DNA of 32,000 nt from Psychrobacter sp. DM4 (GTDB lineage: Bacteria > Pseudomonadota > Gammaproteobacteria > Pseudomonadales > Moraxellaceae): NCBI RefSeq assembly GCF_051307035.1, contig NZ_CP195536.1, forward strand, positions 1,410,001 through 1,442,000. The letters are read 5' to 3'. This document shows positions 9,301 through 17,930 of this stretch, piece after piece. Below the pieces are notes generated by a model, which saw only the letters and a list, made by a program, of their open reading frames with translations, was not told the DNA's origin and searched no databases. Numbering within the stretch: position 1 is the stretch's first letter; the number at the start of each line of letters is the position of its first letter. Made by a program: the position numbers and the translations under genes.

Positions 9301-10503
9301 GAAAAGCTGAATCAGCAGCGTGCTCATGCGCCCGCGCGAGTTTGGCAACAGGTCTTTGGGCGCTTGCAAGCGCAAGAGAGTATGAGTAATACGCCACCTC
9401 TTAAAGTCAAGCTACCAAGTGCAGCTGACTACCAAGCGATCGCTGAACGTATCCAAGCTAATGAAGGAGCGATTGACGAGCCTTTTGATATCGTGCAAGT
9501 GGATATGGAGCACCTGTATTACCAAGCGCGTCATCCAGCCAAGCACTTCTTGCGAGAGCAGCAGGTGCATATCGTTCTGCCAGAAGACGATACCGTACAT
9601 CAAGAGCCGCTATCCCTTTCAGGTCTCAACGCTTATACGATTAACACCCAACTGCTTACCGCGTTGCATAGTAGTCAAAGTGACAGCGATAGCAATGCCT
9701 CTACAAGCCTGCTTTATAATCCAGTGATGCCAGCAGGGGTTGCGCGCCAGTCCACTCTGCGTTTTCAGCAGCTCAAAATGGATCAGCAGTGTGACGATTT
9801 TTGTAGCGAGCTTGCAGCTTTAGGTATACACACAGATTCAGCTAATCTGATTACCCCCTGTAGCGAGACCATAACCACAGTGCACGTGCCCGATATGAAT
9901 GCTCAAGGTCAATTGACACTCAAAGGCACCGCGCCGCAACGAGAGCAAGCGGTAAGCCTTTGGCTAAACCTATTACCCAATAGTGCACGCACGCAGTATT
10001 TATTACGGTTTTGGTTGGCACATCTCTACTGGCAAGTCGCACGCAGCACCACATCAGATCAAGTGATAGCAGAGGACGGCAAAAGTATTTGGCGCTTCAA
10101 CAAGCCAGGATCTGAGCATGATAGCTATAAAGATAAAACCACCTTTAAACTTATGCCAATGGAGTGCAAAACCGCGCGAGCGGAGCTACTCAAATGGGTG
10201 CGCTTTGCTCATATCGCTGGCAAGACGCCGCTTATCATACTGCCAGTGCACGCGCTCACTTTTCTTCACAAAGTAAAAAAGGCACAGAGTGAGGGTGCGC
10301 CCTACCAGCCCAAACGTAGTGATTTTGACAGTTGGCTGCGACCAAGTTTCAATAGTGATATGACTTTTGATACCTGCGCGCAGCATGAACTATGGCAATA
10401 TGTTTTAGATAAGCATGATAACTATAATGCCCTAATGGATGCTCTACCAACCCTTTCATCGCCTTTGTTTGACGCTATGAATAAAGCCTTACAGCCACTC
10501 TAA
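6316..10503 (+). CDS. recC: Exodeoxyribonuclease V gamma subunit RecC, enlarged
   Basis: The ORF is colinear with RecC and sits first in a recC-recB-recD operon. I prefer the ATG at 6316 (MFTIIQSHLTERLVEQLL, which resembles the RecC N-terminus) over the TTG at 6277 used by the track. It contains a Ser/Asn-rich low-complexity insertion at about 7420-7720. Confidence 0.88.
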   Translation: MFTIIQSHLTERLVEQLLTAYQSKNQGIFDEFIVIVPSMVLGDWLDKSIASQAGISTLVTTTFWGQYQWTLMQKVLSAHNEWLEANERSHDTLSVPEVAVLTGSVMQWRLFGYFTYYQAQIIADDTHPLHPLLSALLDDKADRSQQDIRLWSLATDFARVFSRYLTHREDWLTLWSQGKPVDAEALIKDKDELSKKFDEHAGMTPEWLVAHYVELESAQRHLWRLLFASVYEHRQAIEKRFWQIMRSAKEGTGIETGVDTTSMLPTQLHIFTLQQLPQNELTFLQKLSTYFDITLLHYNPSKLFWADIVDKQWLQRQQVINPKSVFLRDHGHTLLSRLGKQSRETFAMLAELDSNDNKDGFLLDWQDKFDEPVYSSNSSSPTSLLANLQQDILMLDESATQQTTAGRLSAALGAQMQLDLADDSAKSESTTKRKNSLSSDSLSNNNSDLQSGGSLFSDDSLQGKRYEQARQWQLSQYDNSLSIHSCHSLQRQLEVLRGMIGRWLNEPSDEGSARHVSDIVVLLPDVERHHELINSIFVNGEGQDGLTLPAKVTGVVDKSIRQLWEAIRGFYSLLGSDSARFEAAEVFDWLMLPPLYESLGLTHEQMSRACDLLAQAGFVRGFDEAHFQQTLDASDYDYRFSFAYALDQIALGLVMPEAKISGCLYPDNWLDNALAEKTIPIASISLSDAPIVQALCRVYAGLDACRYEYQARHKAEDWLALIENSIIHPYFGDLDQTRPMRAIFNAMNGFKSSLRANRHYQQYRAELTESEDAATMVQDENQQVETRLAKVSNLTLKLSFMLDSIEDELESQQVSAEPTGVITFGRFGALRNVPFGLVVMLNMDLSEFPNRDKDNRYDLMKSGVARRGDRFSEDDDNGAFLDAMLCARNACWIFYNGQRLTDTHEHLPANPVSELLQFLQGEVQWQWDPLERAHNDAGLTGQVQRYLPKLIEQWLVTRHPALPFAPEVFVEPQPSISNATDEDAHIALLSQAMFKEKLNQQRAHAPARVWQQVFGRLQAQESMSNTPPLKVKLPSAADYQAIAERIQANEGAIDEPFDIVQVDMEHLYYQARHPAKHFLREQQVHIVLPEDDTVHQEPLSLSGLNAYTINTQLLTALHSSQSDSDSNASTSLLYNPVMPAGVARQSTLRFQQLKMDQQCDDFCSELAALGIHTDSANLITPCSETITTVHVPDMNAQGQLTLKGTAPQREQAVSLWLNLLPNSARTQYLLRFWLAHLYWQVARSTTSDQVIAEDGKSIWRFNKPGSEHDSYKDKTTFKLMPMECKTARAELLKWVRFAHIAGKTPLIILPVHALTFLHKVKKAQSEGAPYQPKRSDFDSWLRPSFNSDMTFDTCAQHELWQYVLDKHDNYNALMDALPTLSSPLFDAMNKALQPL
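7614..7645 (+). repeat. Tandem pair of the ATAGCCTAAG motif inside recC
   Basis: AAAAAATAGCCTAAGCA lies at 7614-7630 and ATAGCCTAAGCA at 7634-7645. They are read as N-S-L-S and D-S-L-S. Confidence 0.9.
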
Positions 10504-10548
10504 ATGAGCGCTATTTAGACAAGTACCATTTTGTACAAGTGATTGACT

Positions 10549-13500
10549 ATGACTAATAACGATACGTCTGCTACTACTGAGAACAACATCGACGTTCATT
10601 CAACAAGCTTACATCATGCGTCCTCTATGCAATCGAAAGGGGCAGAGCTGCCACCTGCGGTTCGTATTGCGCTAACGGGCCAGTATTTGATAGAGGCTTC
10701 AGCAGGTACGGGTAAGACGTGGACGCTGACAGGTATTGTTCTGCGTTTACTTATCGAAGGCAAGCGCTTGCCTGAGCACATCATTGCAACGACATTCACT
10801 CGCGCCGCCGCCGCTGATATACGTAAACGTATTCATGAGCGCCTAGAACATTTTCATGAGGCCTTATTATGGCTGAGCAAGATTCAGGCAGATACCAGTA
10901 CCCATGCCACACTTTATCCGCAGTTTAAACACATAAACGTGCAAACAACTAACAGCAAAAACGATAAAGATACGGACGCCAAAGACATCAAAATAAGCGC
11001 TGAGCAAAGACAAGCGCGCTTAGATTGGTTAGAGGAGCAAGCTCATTTATCAGGTAGCACAGAGATCGTCACTGAGCCTATCAACAGTCATCTGATTGAA
11101 TATTTACTAGATCATGCTAGAGAGTATCCGCTAGCCGATGCTATTCGGCGCTGTAAGTTGGTACTCATTACCTTAGATAAGCTGTTCGTTGGCACTTTAG
11201 ATAGCCTATCGCAAAAGTGGCTGTCCGAGTATAGCGCGGAGACAGGCTATCAGCAGGGCGTACAGATTAGTGATAATGAGCAAGTAGTGATAGAGAGTAT
11301 CATTCACGATGCGGTGCGCGCCCATCATAGCCATCTGTACTATCAGCAGCCAAAGATTTATGAGCTGATGCAACATACAGGGCGCTTGACCACACCTGCC
11401 GATCATATCTACGTCGCACAGAAGTCGCTACAGTTTATATCCACGCCAATAGAAGGTGTGGATCTAGGCGAGCCGATAGATTTTGCTGGGTATCAGCAAG
11501 CGCTGACAGATTTTATAGACTGTGATTTGACGGATATAGCGCCTTACTTTGACAAGGATTATCGTAAAGCGCAAGGTATGACTTGGAATGCAGGTTTGGC
11601 AACTAAAGCGGAGCGCATAGGTCGTATACAAACCGCCATCCAAAAAAACGGTCATCTGTTTTTTGTGCATTTAGATGATGAAACCCAAAAATTTTATGAT
11701 GCGCTACCTTTAGCCTTTTTAACTAAAGAAGAGGGCGGTAAAGGGTTTAATAAGAATAAAGAAGTAGAGCGTCAAACCTTTATCCATTTGCCAAGTATTC
11801 AAGCGCTAAAAGCCGTTCATGACTTTACTAGCCAGATTGAACAGCACCTAGATGCGCTTATTGATACCTTAAACCGTGATATTGCCTTGCAAGTGCGGCA
11901 AAAGCTGCCAGCGGTGTTAGAGCAAAGACGTGAGACGACTTTTTCGCTACAGATGGTACGTCTTAACCAAGCGTTAACAGGCAAGCAAGGTGAGCGGCTA
12001 GCGCGTTATATTCGTCACCATTATCCTATTGCGCTTATTGATGAGTCACAAGACATCAATGGCGAGCAGGCGCGGATGATCGAGCGCATTTATTTAACCA
12101 AATCAGCTAATAAAAGACAAAACGATAGCCAAGAAAATAAAAAGTCCCGAGAGTTCTTATTATTAGTTGGCGACCCTAAGCAAGCCATTTACGGTTTTCG
12201 CGGCGGTGATGTTGCTAACTACAATGCTATGAAGACGTTGTTTGATGCCAAGCAGCGCATGAGCCTGAATATCAATAGACGCTCCAATGAGCGCTTAATC
12301 ACCGCACTCAATCATTGGTTTGGACGTCCGTCGCCCGTAGATGATAGTCAACTAAAAAGGTCAACGCAAAGCGCGGCCGATCATTTAGCACAGTTAGGTA
12401 AAGGTATCTACTACCAGCACATTACCGCATTTAAGACCGATGTGAGCCTATCTTGGCAACAGCCCATAGCGCAAGAGCTATCGTCTCAAACAGCGGCGAT
12501 TATACCCAATCAACCCGTGAGTGTGATTCATCTGCCGGCAAACAAAGACGCCAAGCACAACGACTGCGAGCTTACCGCTTTGCATATCGCAGCCCTGCTG
12601 GCAAGTGGCCAGACGCTAGAGGGGCGAGCGCTCAAACCGAGCGACATTGGTGTGCTTGGACGACGCAAAAAAGATCTCAAACAGGTTGAGGATATGCTGA
12701 GCAAGCTTGGTGTGCCTACCCTTGAAACGGCAGAGCGCAACGTCTTTGATACCCCTATAGCTAGTGATTTAGCGGCTTTACTTGAGGTAATGATACGCCC
12801 GCAGCGCCGCGACATTATGAATCGGGTGTTGACTAGTCATTTTTATCAGCTGAGCCTCGATGATGTACAGCTACTTATGTTAAGCGCAGATGACGATGAG
12901 CTTGATGTGCAACTGCTTGCGCAATCATCAAGCGCTCACTCAGAGCAAATAGCACTGAAGCGGCGCTATCAAGACTTTCAGAACTATATCAAGACCGCGG
13001 CGAGGCAGTGGCAGAACAATGGCATCCTGTCAGCGCTACATTATTTATTCAGTCACAATCCGATGAATAAGAAGGGTCAGACAAATAAGAATATTTGGGT
13101 GGCTCTAGCAGAGATTGAAGATGGGGCTCGTCATTTAATGGATTTGCGTCATCTATTAGATATCCTCGCGCAGCATGGCATGCATATCGGTGAGCACGAG
13201 CTGCTGGCTTGGTATAAAAAGAATATGAACAGTAGCCGTACTCCTGAATGGGCGCAGCAGCAGCCATTACCGACCGAATCTGGTGTACAGCTGATGACGA
13301 TTCATAAATCCAAGGGGCTTGAATTTCCCGTCGTCTATGTCATCGGTATGGATAGCGCCAGTCCAAAGGCTGGCGCTCGTAGCAAGCATAATTTATTTCT
13401 TTATGATCATACAGAGCAGCAAAAGACGCAGCGCCGTCTATCTACTAGCAAAGGCATAGCCGCTAGTCAATCCGCAAATGGAGAGGCTACCAAAGAGTCG

Positions 13501-14910
13501 ACGGAGGATTACTATGCTCAATTTGAGACGGATGAAAGTTATGAAGAGATGCGCCGCTTAGCTTATGTGGCATTTACCCGAGCTAGCGAGCAGCTGTACA
13601 TGGTGCTTGGGGATGTGAGCAAAAACCAAGACGACGATCGCAAACCCTGCGCTCAGTGGCTAAATGGTAGTGGTAAGAGCTTAGAGTTACCTGAAAGATT
13701 ACAAGACTACATCGGCTGGCTGGCATACGACAGTGTCGAGTCTAATGCTCACGCGGTTATCAAGGCCAGCAAAGAGCAGCTAACGACTCTTGAACCTAAG
13801 AGTGAGACCACTACACTTATTAATTACGATGAGGCCTATGCGCAGATTCAAGCGCGTTACTTTAAAGGCTGGGCTAAGACAAGTTTTACCGCTTTATCCC
13901 GTCAACTGGGCAAGCAAACTCAGGCTTTGGCTATTTTTGATGATAGCGTAGAGGATGATTTGGATATAACGGATGGGATGACGCTATCTACTAGGGTCAT
14001 CTCAGCGCAAGACAATATCGGTAAGTACGCTAATGACAACAACGCAGGTTCAATCACAAGCGATAATATCCGTTTTCGCTTCGTTAAAGGCGCTAATGCG
14101 GGTACGTTTTTGCATGAGATTTTTGAGAAGATAAATTTCACCGATAATCAAAAGTGGTCAGCGATTATTGATCAAAGTGTCCGTCACTATCAACTGCCGC
14201 TTGTTTATACCAGCCGCGCGCATCAACAGCACTTACAGCAAAGGGTGCAATCACAAGCGCAGAGTATGTCTGATACAGACATTGACGTAACGGAGGACAG
14301 CCTACCGTCTGAACACGATGAGCTCATGGTTTGGATAGGTGATGTACTGGCAGCGCCGTTACTGGCTTCTGGTCAACCGCTACAAGCTATCGCGCCCGAG
14401 CAGCGCATCGCTGAGCTCGGATTTAACATGGGGCTATCGGAGCATTTTGAGCCTGACCGTATTGATGAGGTATTCAAGCAATATTTACCTCTCGACGCTG
14501 ATAAGCATATTGAGATGAGCGCGCAGTATTCTAGCCATATTTATCGCTACCTGCGCGGCGAGATTGATTTAGTATACGAACATGCGGGCAAGTACTACGT
14601 TGTAGATTATAAGAGTAATTATCTAGGAAATAGCCTAAGTGATTATAGTGAAGAAAGTTTGAGCAGAGCTATGAGTAAAGCAGGATACTGGTTACAGGCC
14701 GCTATCTATCAAGTGGCGCTACACCGGTTTTTAAGATTGCGAATAAACGACTACAACGGTAGAGAAGAGCAGTACTTGGGCGCTGTTGAATATGTGTTCT
14801 TGCGCGGTATAGACTCGCAAGGCGTGCATGACTATGGGCGCATTAAATGGCAAATTCCTTTTGCACTCGTGCAAGCGCTCGATGAGATGTTTGGTAGCCC
14901 CAGTAGTTAG
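10549..14910 (+). CDS. recB: Exodeoxyribonuclease V beta subunit RecB (helicase-nuclease), enlarged
   Basis: It carries the Walker A motif EASAGTGKTWT, the helicase motifs LIDESQD and VGDPKQAIYGFRGGD, TIHKSKGLEFPVV, and the C-terminal RecB-nuclease motif GEIDLVYEHAGKYYVVDYKSNYLG. The start is either the ATG at 10549 or the TTG at 10543. Confidence 0.92.
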   Translation: MTNNDTSATTENNIDVHSTSLHHASSMQSKGAELPPAVRIALTGQYLIEASAGTGKTWTLTGIVLRLLIEGKRLPEHIIATTFTRAAAADIRKRIHERLEHFHEALLWLSKIQADTSTHATLYPQFKHINVQTTNSKNDKDTDAKDIKISAEQRQARLDWLEEQAHLSGSTEIVTEPINSHLIEYLLDHAREYPLADAIRRCKLVLITLDKLFVGTLDSLSQKWLSEYSAETGYQQGVQISDNEQVVIESIIHDAVRAHHSHLYYQQPKIYELMQHTGRLTTPADHIYVAQKSLQFISTPIEGVDLGEPIDFAGYQQALTDFIDCDLTDIAPYFDKDYRKAQGMTWNAGLATKAERIGRIQTAIQKNGHLFFVHLDDETQKFYDALPLAFLTKEEGGKGFNKNKEVERQTFIHLPSIQALKAVHDFTSQIEQHLDALIDTLNRDIALQVRQKLPAVLEQRRETTFSLQMVRLNQALTGKQGERLARYIRHHYPIALIDESQDINGEQARMIERIYLTKSANKRQNDSQENKKSREFLLLVGDPKQAIYGFRGGDVANYNAMKTLFDAKQRMSLNINRRSNERLITALNHWFGRPSPVDDSQLKRSTQSAADHLAQLGKGIYYQHITAFKTDVSLSWQQPIAQELSSQTAAIIPNQPVSVIHLPANKDAKHNDCELTALHIAALLASGQTLEGRALKPSDIGVLGRRKKDLKQVEDMLSKLGVPTLETAERNVFDTPIASDLAALLEVMIRPQRRDIMNRVLTSHFYQLSLDDVQLLMLSADDDELDVQLLAQSSSAHSEQIALKRRYQDFQNYIKTAARQWQNNGILSALHYLFSHNPMNKKGQTNKNIWVALAEIEDGARHLMDLRHLLDILAQHGMHIGEHELLAWYKKNMNSSRTPEWAQQQPLPTESGVQLMTIHKSKGLEFPVVYVIGMDSASPKAGARSKHNLFLYDHTEQQKTQRRLSTSKGIAASQSANGEATKESTEDYYAQFETDESYEEMRRLAYVAFTRASEQLYMVLGDVSKNQDDDRKPCAQWLNGSGKSLELPERLQDYIGWLAYDSVESNAHAVIKASKEQLTTLEPKSETTTLINYDEAYAQIQARYFKGWAKTSFTALSRQLGKQTQALAIFDDSVEDDLDITDGMTLSTRVISAQDNIGKYANDNNAGSITSDNIRFRFVKGANAGTFLHEIFEKINFTDNQKWSAIIDQSVRHYQLPLVYTSRAHQQHLQQRVQSQAQSMSDTDIDVTEDSLPSEHDELMVWIGDVLAAPLLASGQPLQAIAPEQRIAELGFNMGLSEHFEPDRIDEVFKQYLPLDADKHIEMSAQYSSHIYRYLRGEIDLVYEHAGKYYVVDYKSNYLGNSLSDYSEESLSRAMSKAGYWLQAAIYQVALHRFLRLRINDYNGREEQYLGAVEYVFLRGIDSQGVHDYGRIKWQIPFALVQALDEMFGSPSS
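14629..14640 (+). repeat. ATAGCCTAAG motif copy inside recB
   Basis: AATAGCCTAAGT is read as N-S-L-S. The core lies at 14630-14639. Confidence 0.9.
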
Positions 14911-14956
14911 ATATAAAATCTAAAAACAAAGACCACAAAATTTAAGCGAACCACTA

Positions 14957-17203
14957 ATGAATAACAATGAATTTATAGACAATACGCCGGCAAGTCATGA
15001 GCTTGGCAACATCGGCTCAAGCATAAATAACATGACTACAAATGACTCAAATACAGGTAGCAGTTGGGCAACTAGCGTCAGTCAGTATTTACTACGTCGG
15101 CGCAGGCAAACTCATCTGGCATATCAGAGTCAGTTGCGCATAAACGACGTAGAGGATCAAAGTAACACTCAAGACTGGTTGTTTGAATCATTGTTTGAGT
15201 TACTGGTACAGCGCTTGGAAGAGGGGCATACAGTCGTCACTTTATCGAGTATGAGTAATTTGGATCATACTTGGCGATGGCACCTGATACAGCCTTTATT
15301 CCAGCCTTTGCTTAATTATGCCCAAAGCACTTTGGCACAGAATGTTGACACCCAATCACTCATGAGCAATGATCATGCGCTTTGGAAAGATGTGCTGTTG
15401 CAATCAACATTGTCACAATATGACCAGCAGCGCTTGCAACAGCGCTATACCGTAGCAACCCAACTATACAACTATCTTCAATCAACAAAAAATAGCCTAA
15501 GTAAATTCGTAATTCGACTAGAAGGTAGTTCACTAATACAAAAAATGAATAAAAAAGATACAGCTGAAACTACACCCATCATCTTTGTGCGAAAAGAAAA
15601 TAAAGACAATTTAACTCTTACACTATGGCTACATCGCACATGGAAAGCGGAGTACAATCTTGCGCATCACGTCATTCGTATCAAGAGTCAAGTAGTACAG
15701 GCGTTACCGATCACCGCAAACTCACAGCTAAACCCTGAGCAGCAAAAAGCCATATACATGGCCAATCGATCTGCGTTTAGTATTATTACGGGTGGCCCTG
15801 GTACCGGCAAAACCTTTACCGTAGCTCAGCTAGTAATTGCTCTCCAGCAGGTAAATTCCGACAAGGAAATGCTAGGCGCAGCAGGGGAGACGTCCACTAG
15901 CATAAACCTTGCACTAGCCGCGCCAACGGGCAAAGCAGCTCAGCGTATGCAAGAGTCGCTACAAGACGCTATAGGATGTGCTGGAATAGACATCCAGCTA
16001 CCAGAAGCCAAAACTATTCACCGATTACTCGGTATAGGGCAGGGCGGACGACCACGCTACAATCAAGACAATCCATTGAGTGAAGATATTATCATCGTCG
16101 ACGAAGCATCCATGCTTGGCGTTGAGCTAGCCAATTATTTGGTTAGCGCTGTCAAGCCAAAGGCTCGGTTAATTTTATTAGGGGACGCCAATCAGCTCGC
16201 AGCAGTAGACGCTGGGGCAGTGCTCGCAGATTTGTGCCGCATACCAGCACTTCAATCAGTACATAAGCGTTTAGAGAGCAGTCGCCGATTCACAGCGGAG
16301 TCTGGTATCGGTAAGCTTGCAAAGCTAATCAATCAAGATGTCAGTGATATAGAGCGTAGCACTGATGAGTATGGTAGTAACGTAGAGAAAAGCATGGAAG
16401 CCGTATGGCAGCTCATGGAAGATGATGAGACTTTGGACTTTTATCATCTGGCTCAAAGTCCATCTGCACAATCGCAAGACAATGTAGTCGCTAAAAAGTA
16501 CAAGGTAAAAAATAGCCTAAGTAGTCAGAAATTTTACTCAAGAGTACTCAAATATTATAACGCTTATATAAGCCGAACGGCAGGGGATTTAGATAAGGTA
16601 AGAATTGCTAAATCCATGCCAACGGCAGAATATATAGCAATTTTCAATGAACTAATTGCGCAACTCAACCAATTCAGAGTACTAACTGCTGGACATCATG
16701 GTCGCTGCGGGGATTACTCTATCAATCGCTACCTAAGTGAACAGCATCGCAATCAATTAAAGCTGCCCTTATCTAAGTCTCCTTGGTATCACGGTCGACC
16801 CATTATGGTATTACAAAATAACTATGAGCTGGGTTTATTTAACGGTGATATTGGAATATGCTTACAGATAGAAGGCGGGCGTCTACAAGTGTTCTTTGAG
16901 AACAAAAAAACAGGCATATCAGTCAATATGCTTGGTGATGAGATGATTGCCACAAGCTATGCAATGACGATACACAAATCACAGGGGTCTGAGTTTGAGC
17001 ATGTTGCTATCTGCTTTGATGATAGTAATGCACGCTTACTCAGTCAAGAGCTTATCTATACCGCAGTAACCCGTGCCAAAAAACGAGTGTCACTATTTAC
17101 TACAAAGTCAGCATTTACGCAGGCGCTAGCGACACCAACGGTGCGTCAAACTGGATTGAGTTTACAGTTTGAAGATATGGGCAGGGCTGATGAGTCTTCT
17201 TAA
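14957..17203 (+). CDS. recD: Exodeoxyribonuclease V alpha subunit RecD, with an N-terminal extension
   Basis: It carries QQKAI...ITGGPGTGKTF (Walker A), IIIVDEASML (Walker B), LLGDANQLAAVDAG, the SH3-like region WYHGRPIMVLQNNYELGLFNGDIG, and TIHKSQGSEF...YTAVTRAKK. Confidence 0.92.
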   Translation: MNNNEFIDNTPASHELGNIGSSINNMTTNDSNTGSSWATSVSQYLLRRRRQTHLAYQSQLRINDVEDQSNTQDWLFESLFELLVQRLEEGHTVVTLSSMSNLDHTWRWHLIQPLFQPLLNYAQSTLAQNVDTQSLMSNDHALWKDVLLQSTLSQYDQQRLQQRYTVATQLYNYLQSTKNSLSKFVIRLEGSSLIQKMNKKDTAETTPIIFVRKENKDNLTLTLWLHRTWKAEYNLAHHVIRIKSQVVQALPITANSQLNPEQQKAIYMANRSAFSIITGGPGTGKTFTVAQLVIALQQVNSDKEMLGAAGETSTSINLALAAPTGKAAQRMQESLQDAIGCAGIDIQLPEAKTIHRLLGIGQGGRPRYNQDNPLSEDIIIVDEASMLGVELANYLVSAVKPKARLILLGDANQLAAVDAGAVLADLCRIPALQSVHKRLESSRRFTAESGIGKLAKLINQDVSDIERSTDEYGSNVEKSMEAVWQLMEDDETLDFYHLAQSPSAQSQDNVVAKKYKVKNSLSSQKFYSRVLKYYNAYISRTAGDLDKVRIAKSMPTAEYIAIFNELIAQLNQFRVLTAGHHGRCGDYSINRYLSEQHRNQLKLPLSKSPWYHGRPIMVLQNNYELGLFNGDIGICLQIEGGRLQVFFENKKTGISVNMLGDEMIATSYAMTIHKSQGSEFEHVAICFDDSNARLLSQELIYTAVTRAKKRVSLFTTKSAFTQALATPTVRQTGLSLQFEDMGRADESS
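15487..15503 (+). repeat. ATAGCCTAAG motif copy inside recD (copy 1)
   Basis: AAAAAATAGCCTAAGTA is identical over 17 nt to the copy at 16507-16523. It is read as K-N-S-L-S. Confidence 0.9.
16507..16523 (+). repeat. ATAGCCTAAG motif copy inside recD (copy 2)
   Basis: AAAAAATAGCCTAAGTA is identical over 17 nt to the copy at 15487-15503. It is read as K-N-S-L-S. Confidence 0.9.
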
Positions 17204-17221
17204 ACCCTGTTAATTTATAGC

Positions 17222-17253
17222 AAAAAAAACATCCCGTTAAGGATGCTTTTTTA
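17222..17253. terminator. Putative bidirectional terminator between the convergent genes recD and hpt
   Basis: The sequence is AAAAAAAA-CATCC-cgttaa-GGATG-CTTTTTT. The 5-bp stem is short and is flanked by an A-run and a T-run. Confidence 0.45.
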
Positions 17254-17265
17254 TCAAGCCTTAAG

Positions 17266-17829
17266 TTATAACTTGTCTTCTTTGATAGCATAGATACCTG
17301 GCAAGTGGCGCAGATATCCATGAAAGTCCATACCGCAGCCATAAACATAGCGATCAGCAACTTCAATACCGACAAAATCCACCTCGAAATCCGCGACTTT
17401 GCGATCATGCTGCTTATTAAGTAGTACGCACGAATCAATAGATGCTGGGTTTTCTTTACCCAATTCTTTTACGATTGCTTTTAACGTAATACCCTCATCA
17501 AAAATGTCATCAATCAATAAAACATACTCACCCTCAATACTAACATCAGGCTTGAATTTCCATTCTAGATCGTTGGTGCCTTGATTGTCACGATAGCGCG
17601 TAGCATGGACATAGTGCATACGGTGATAAAAGGTTAGGTGAGTGAGCAATTGACCTGCCGGAATGAGTCCACCATTCATCACGACCATAACGATAGGGTT
17701 GAGACCTGCGTAGTGAAGGTTAAGCTGAGCGGCCAAACGCTCATAAGCGGCTGCAACTTCAATACTACTGATGAGGCACTCTGAGTTGCGCAGGGTCTTT
17801 TCGATTTCTTGATTACTGATTTGGGTCAT
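17266..17829 (-). CDS. hpt: Hypoxanthine-guanine phosphoribosyltransferase
   Basis: This is a 187-aa ORF with the PRPP-binding motif EYVLLIDDIFDEGITL and the type I PRTase layout, ending in ...YGCGMDFHGYLRHLPGIY. Confidence 0.85.
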   Translation of the reverse strand: MTQISNQEIEKTLRNSECLISSIEVAAAYERLAAQLNLHYAGLNPIVMVVMNGGLIPAGQLLTHLTFYHRMHYVHATRYRDNQGTNDLEWKFKPDVSIEGEYVLLIDDIFDEGITLKAIVKELGKENPASIDSCVLLNKQHDRKVADFEVDFVGIEVADRYVYGCGMDFHGYLRHLPGIYAIKEDKL

Positions 17830-17930
17830 GAGGTGTGCCTTCGATAAAATTGCCGCCTATTTTAGCAAGTTTTAGTGAATCTGACCAATACCAAGTGACT
17901 TGTAGCATCAAGTACTGGCCAGAACTTACT

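Noticed and set aside
10543-14910. Many short antisense track ORFs within recC, recB and recD (for example 7274..7462, 8658..8873, 12453..12815, 13920..14141)
   Set aside because: They are 60-100 codons long, in frames that overlap genes with continuous helicase and nuclease homology. They show no conservation signal or ribosome-binding site that I can see.
1-17203. A functional link between the adjacent RecBCD operon and the CRISPR adaptation genes. RecBCD degradation products are reported to feed Cas1-Cas2 spacer acquisition in E. coli.
   Set aside because: The two loci are separated by a tRNA gene, an apparent island boundary and two unrelated genes, and they are on opposite strands. The adjacency is most simply explained by where the island integrated. 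Nothing in the sequence supports co-regulation.
17115-17438. Track ORF 17115..17438 (-), 107 aa
   Set aside because: It overlaps the 3' end of recD, the terminator and the 3' part of hpt in a different frame. It has no coding signal of its own.
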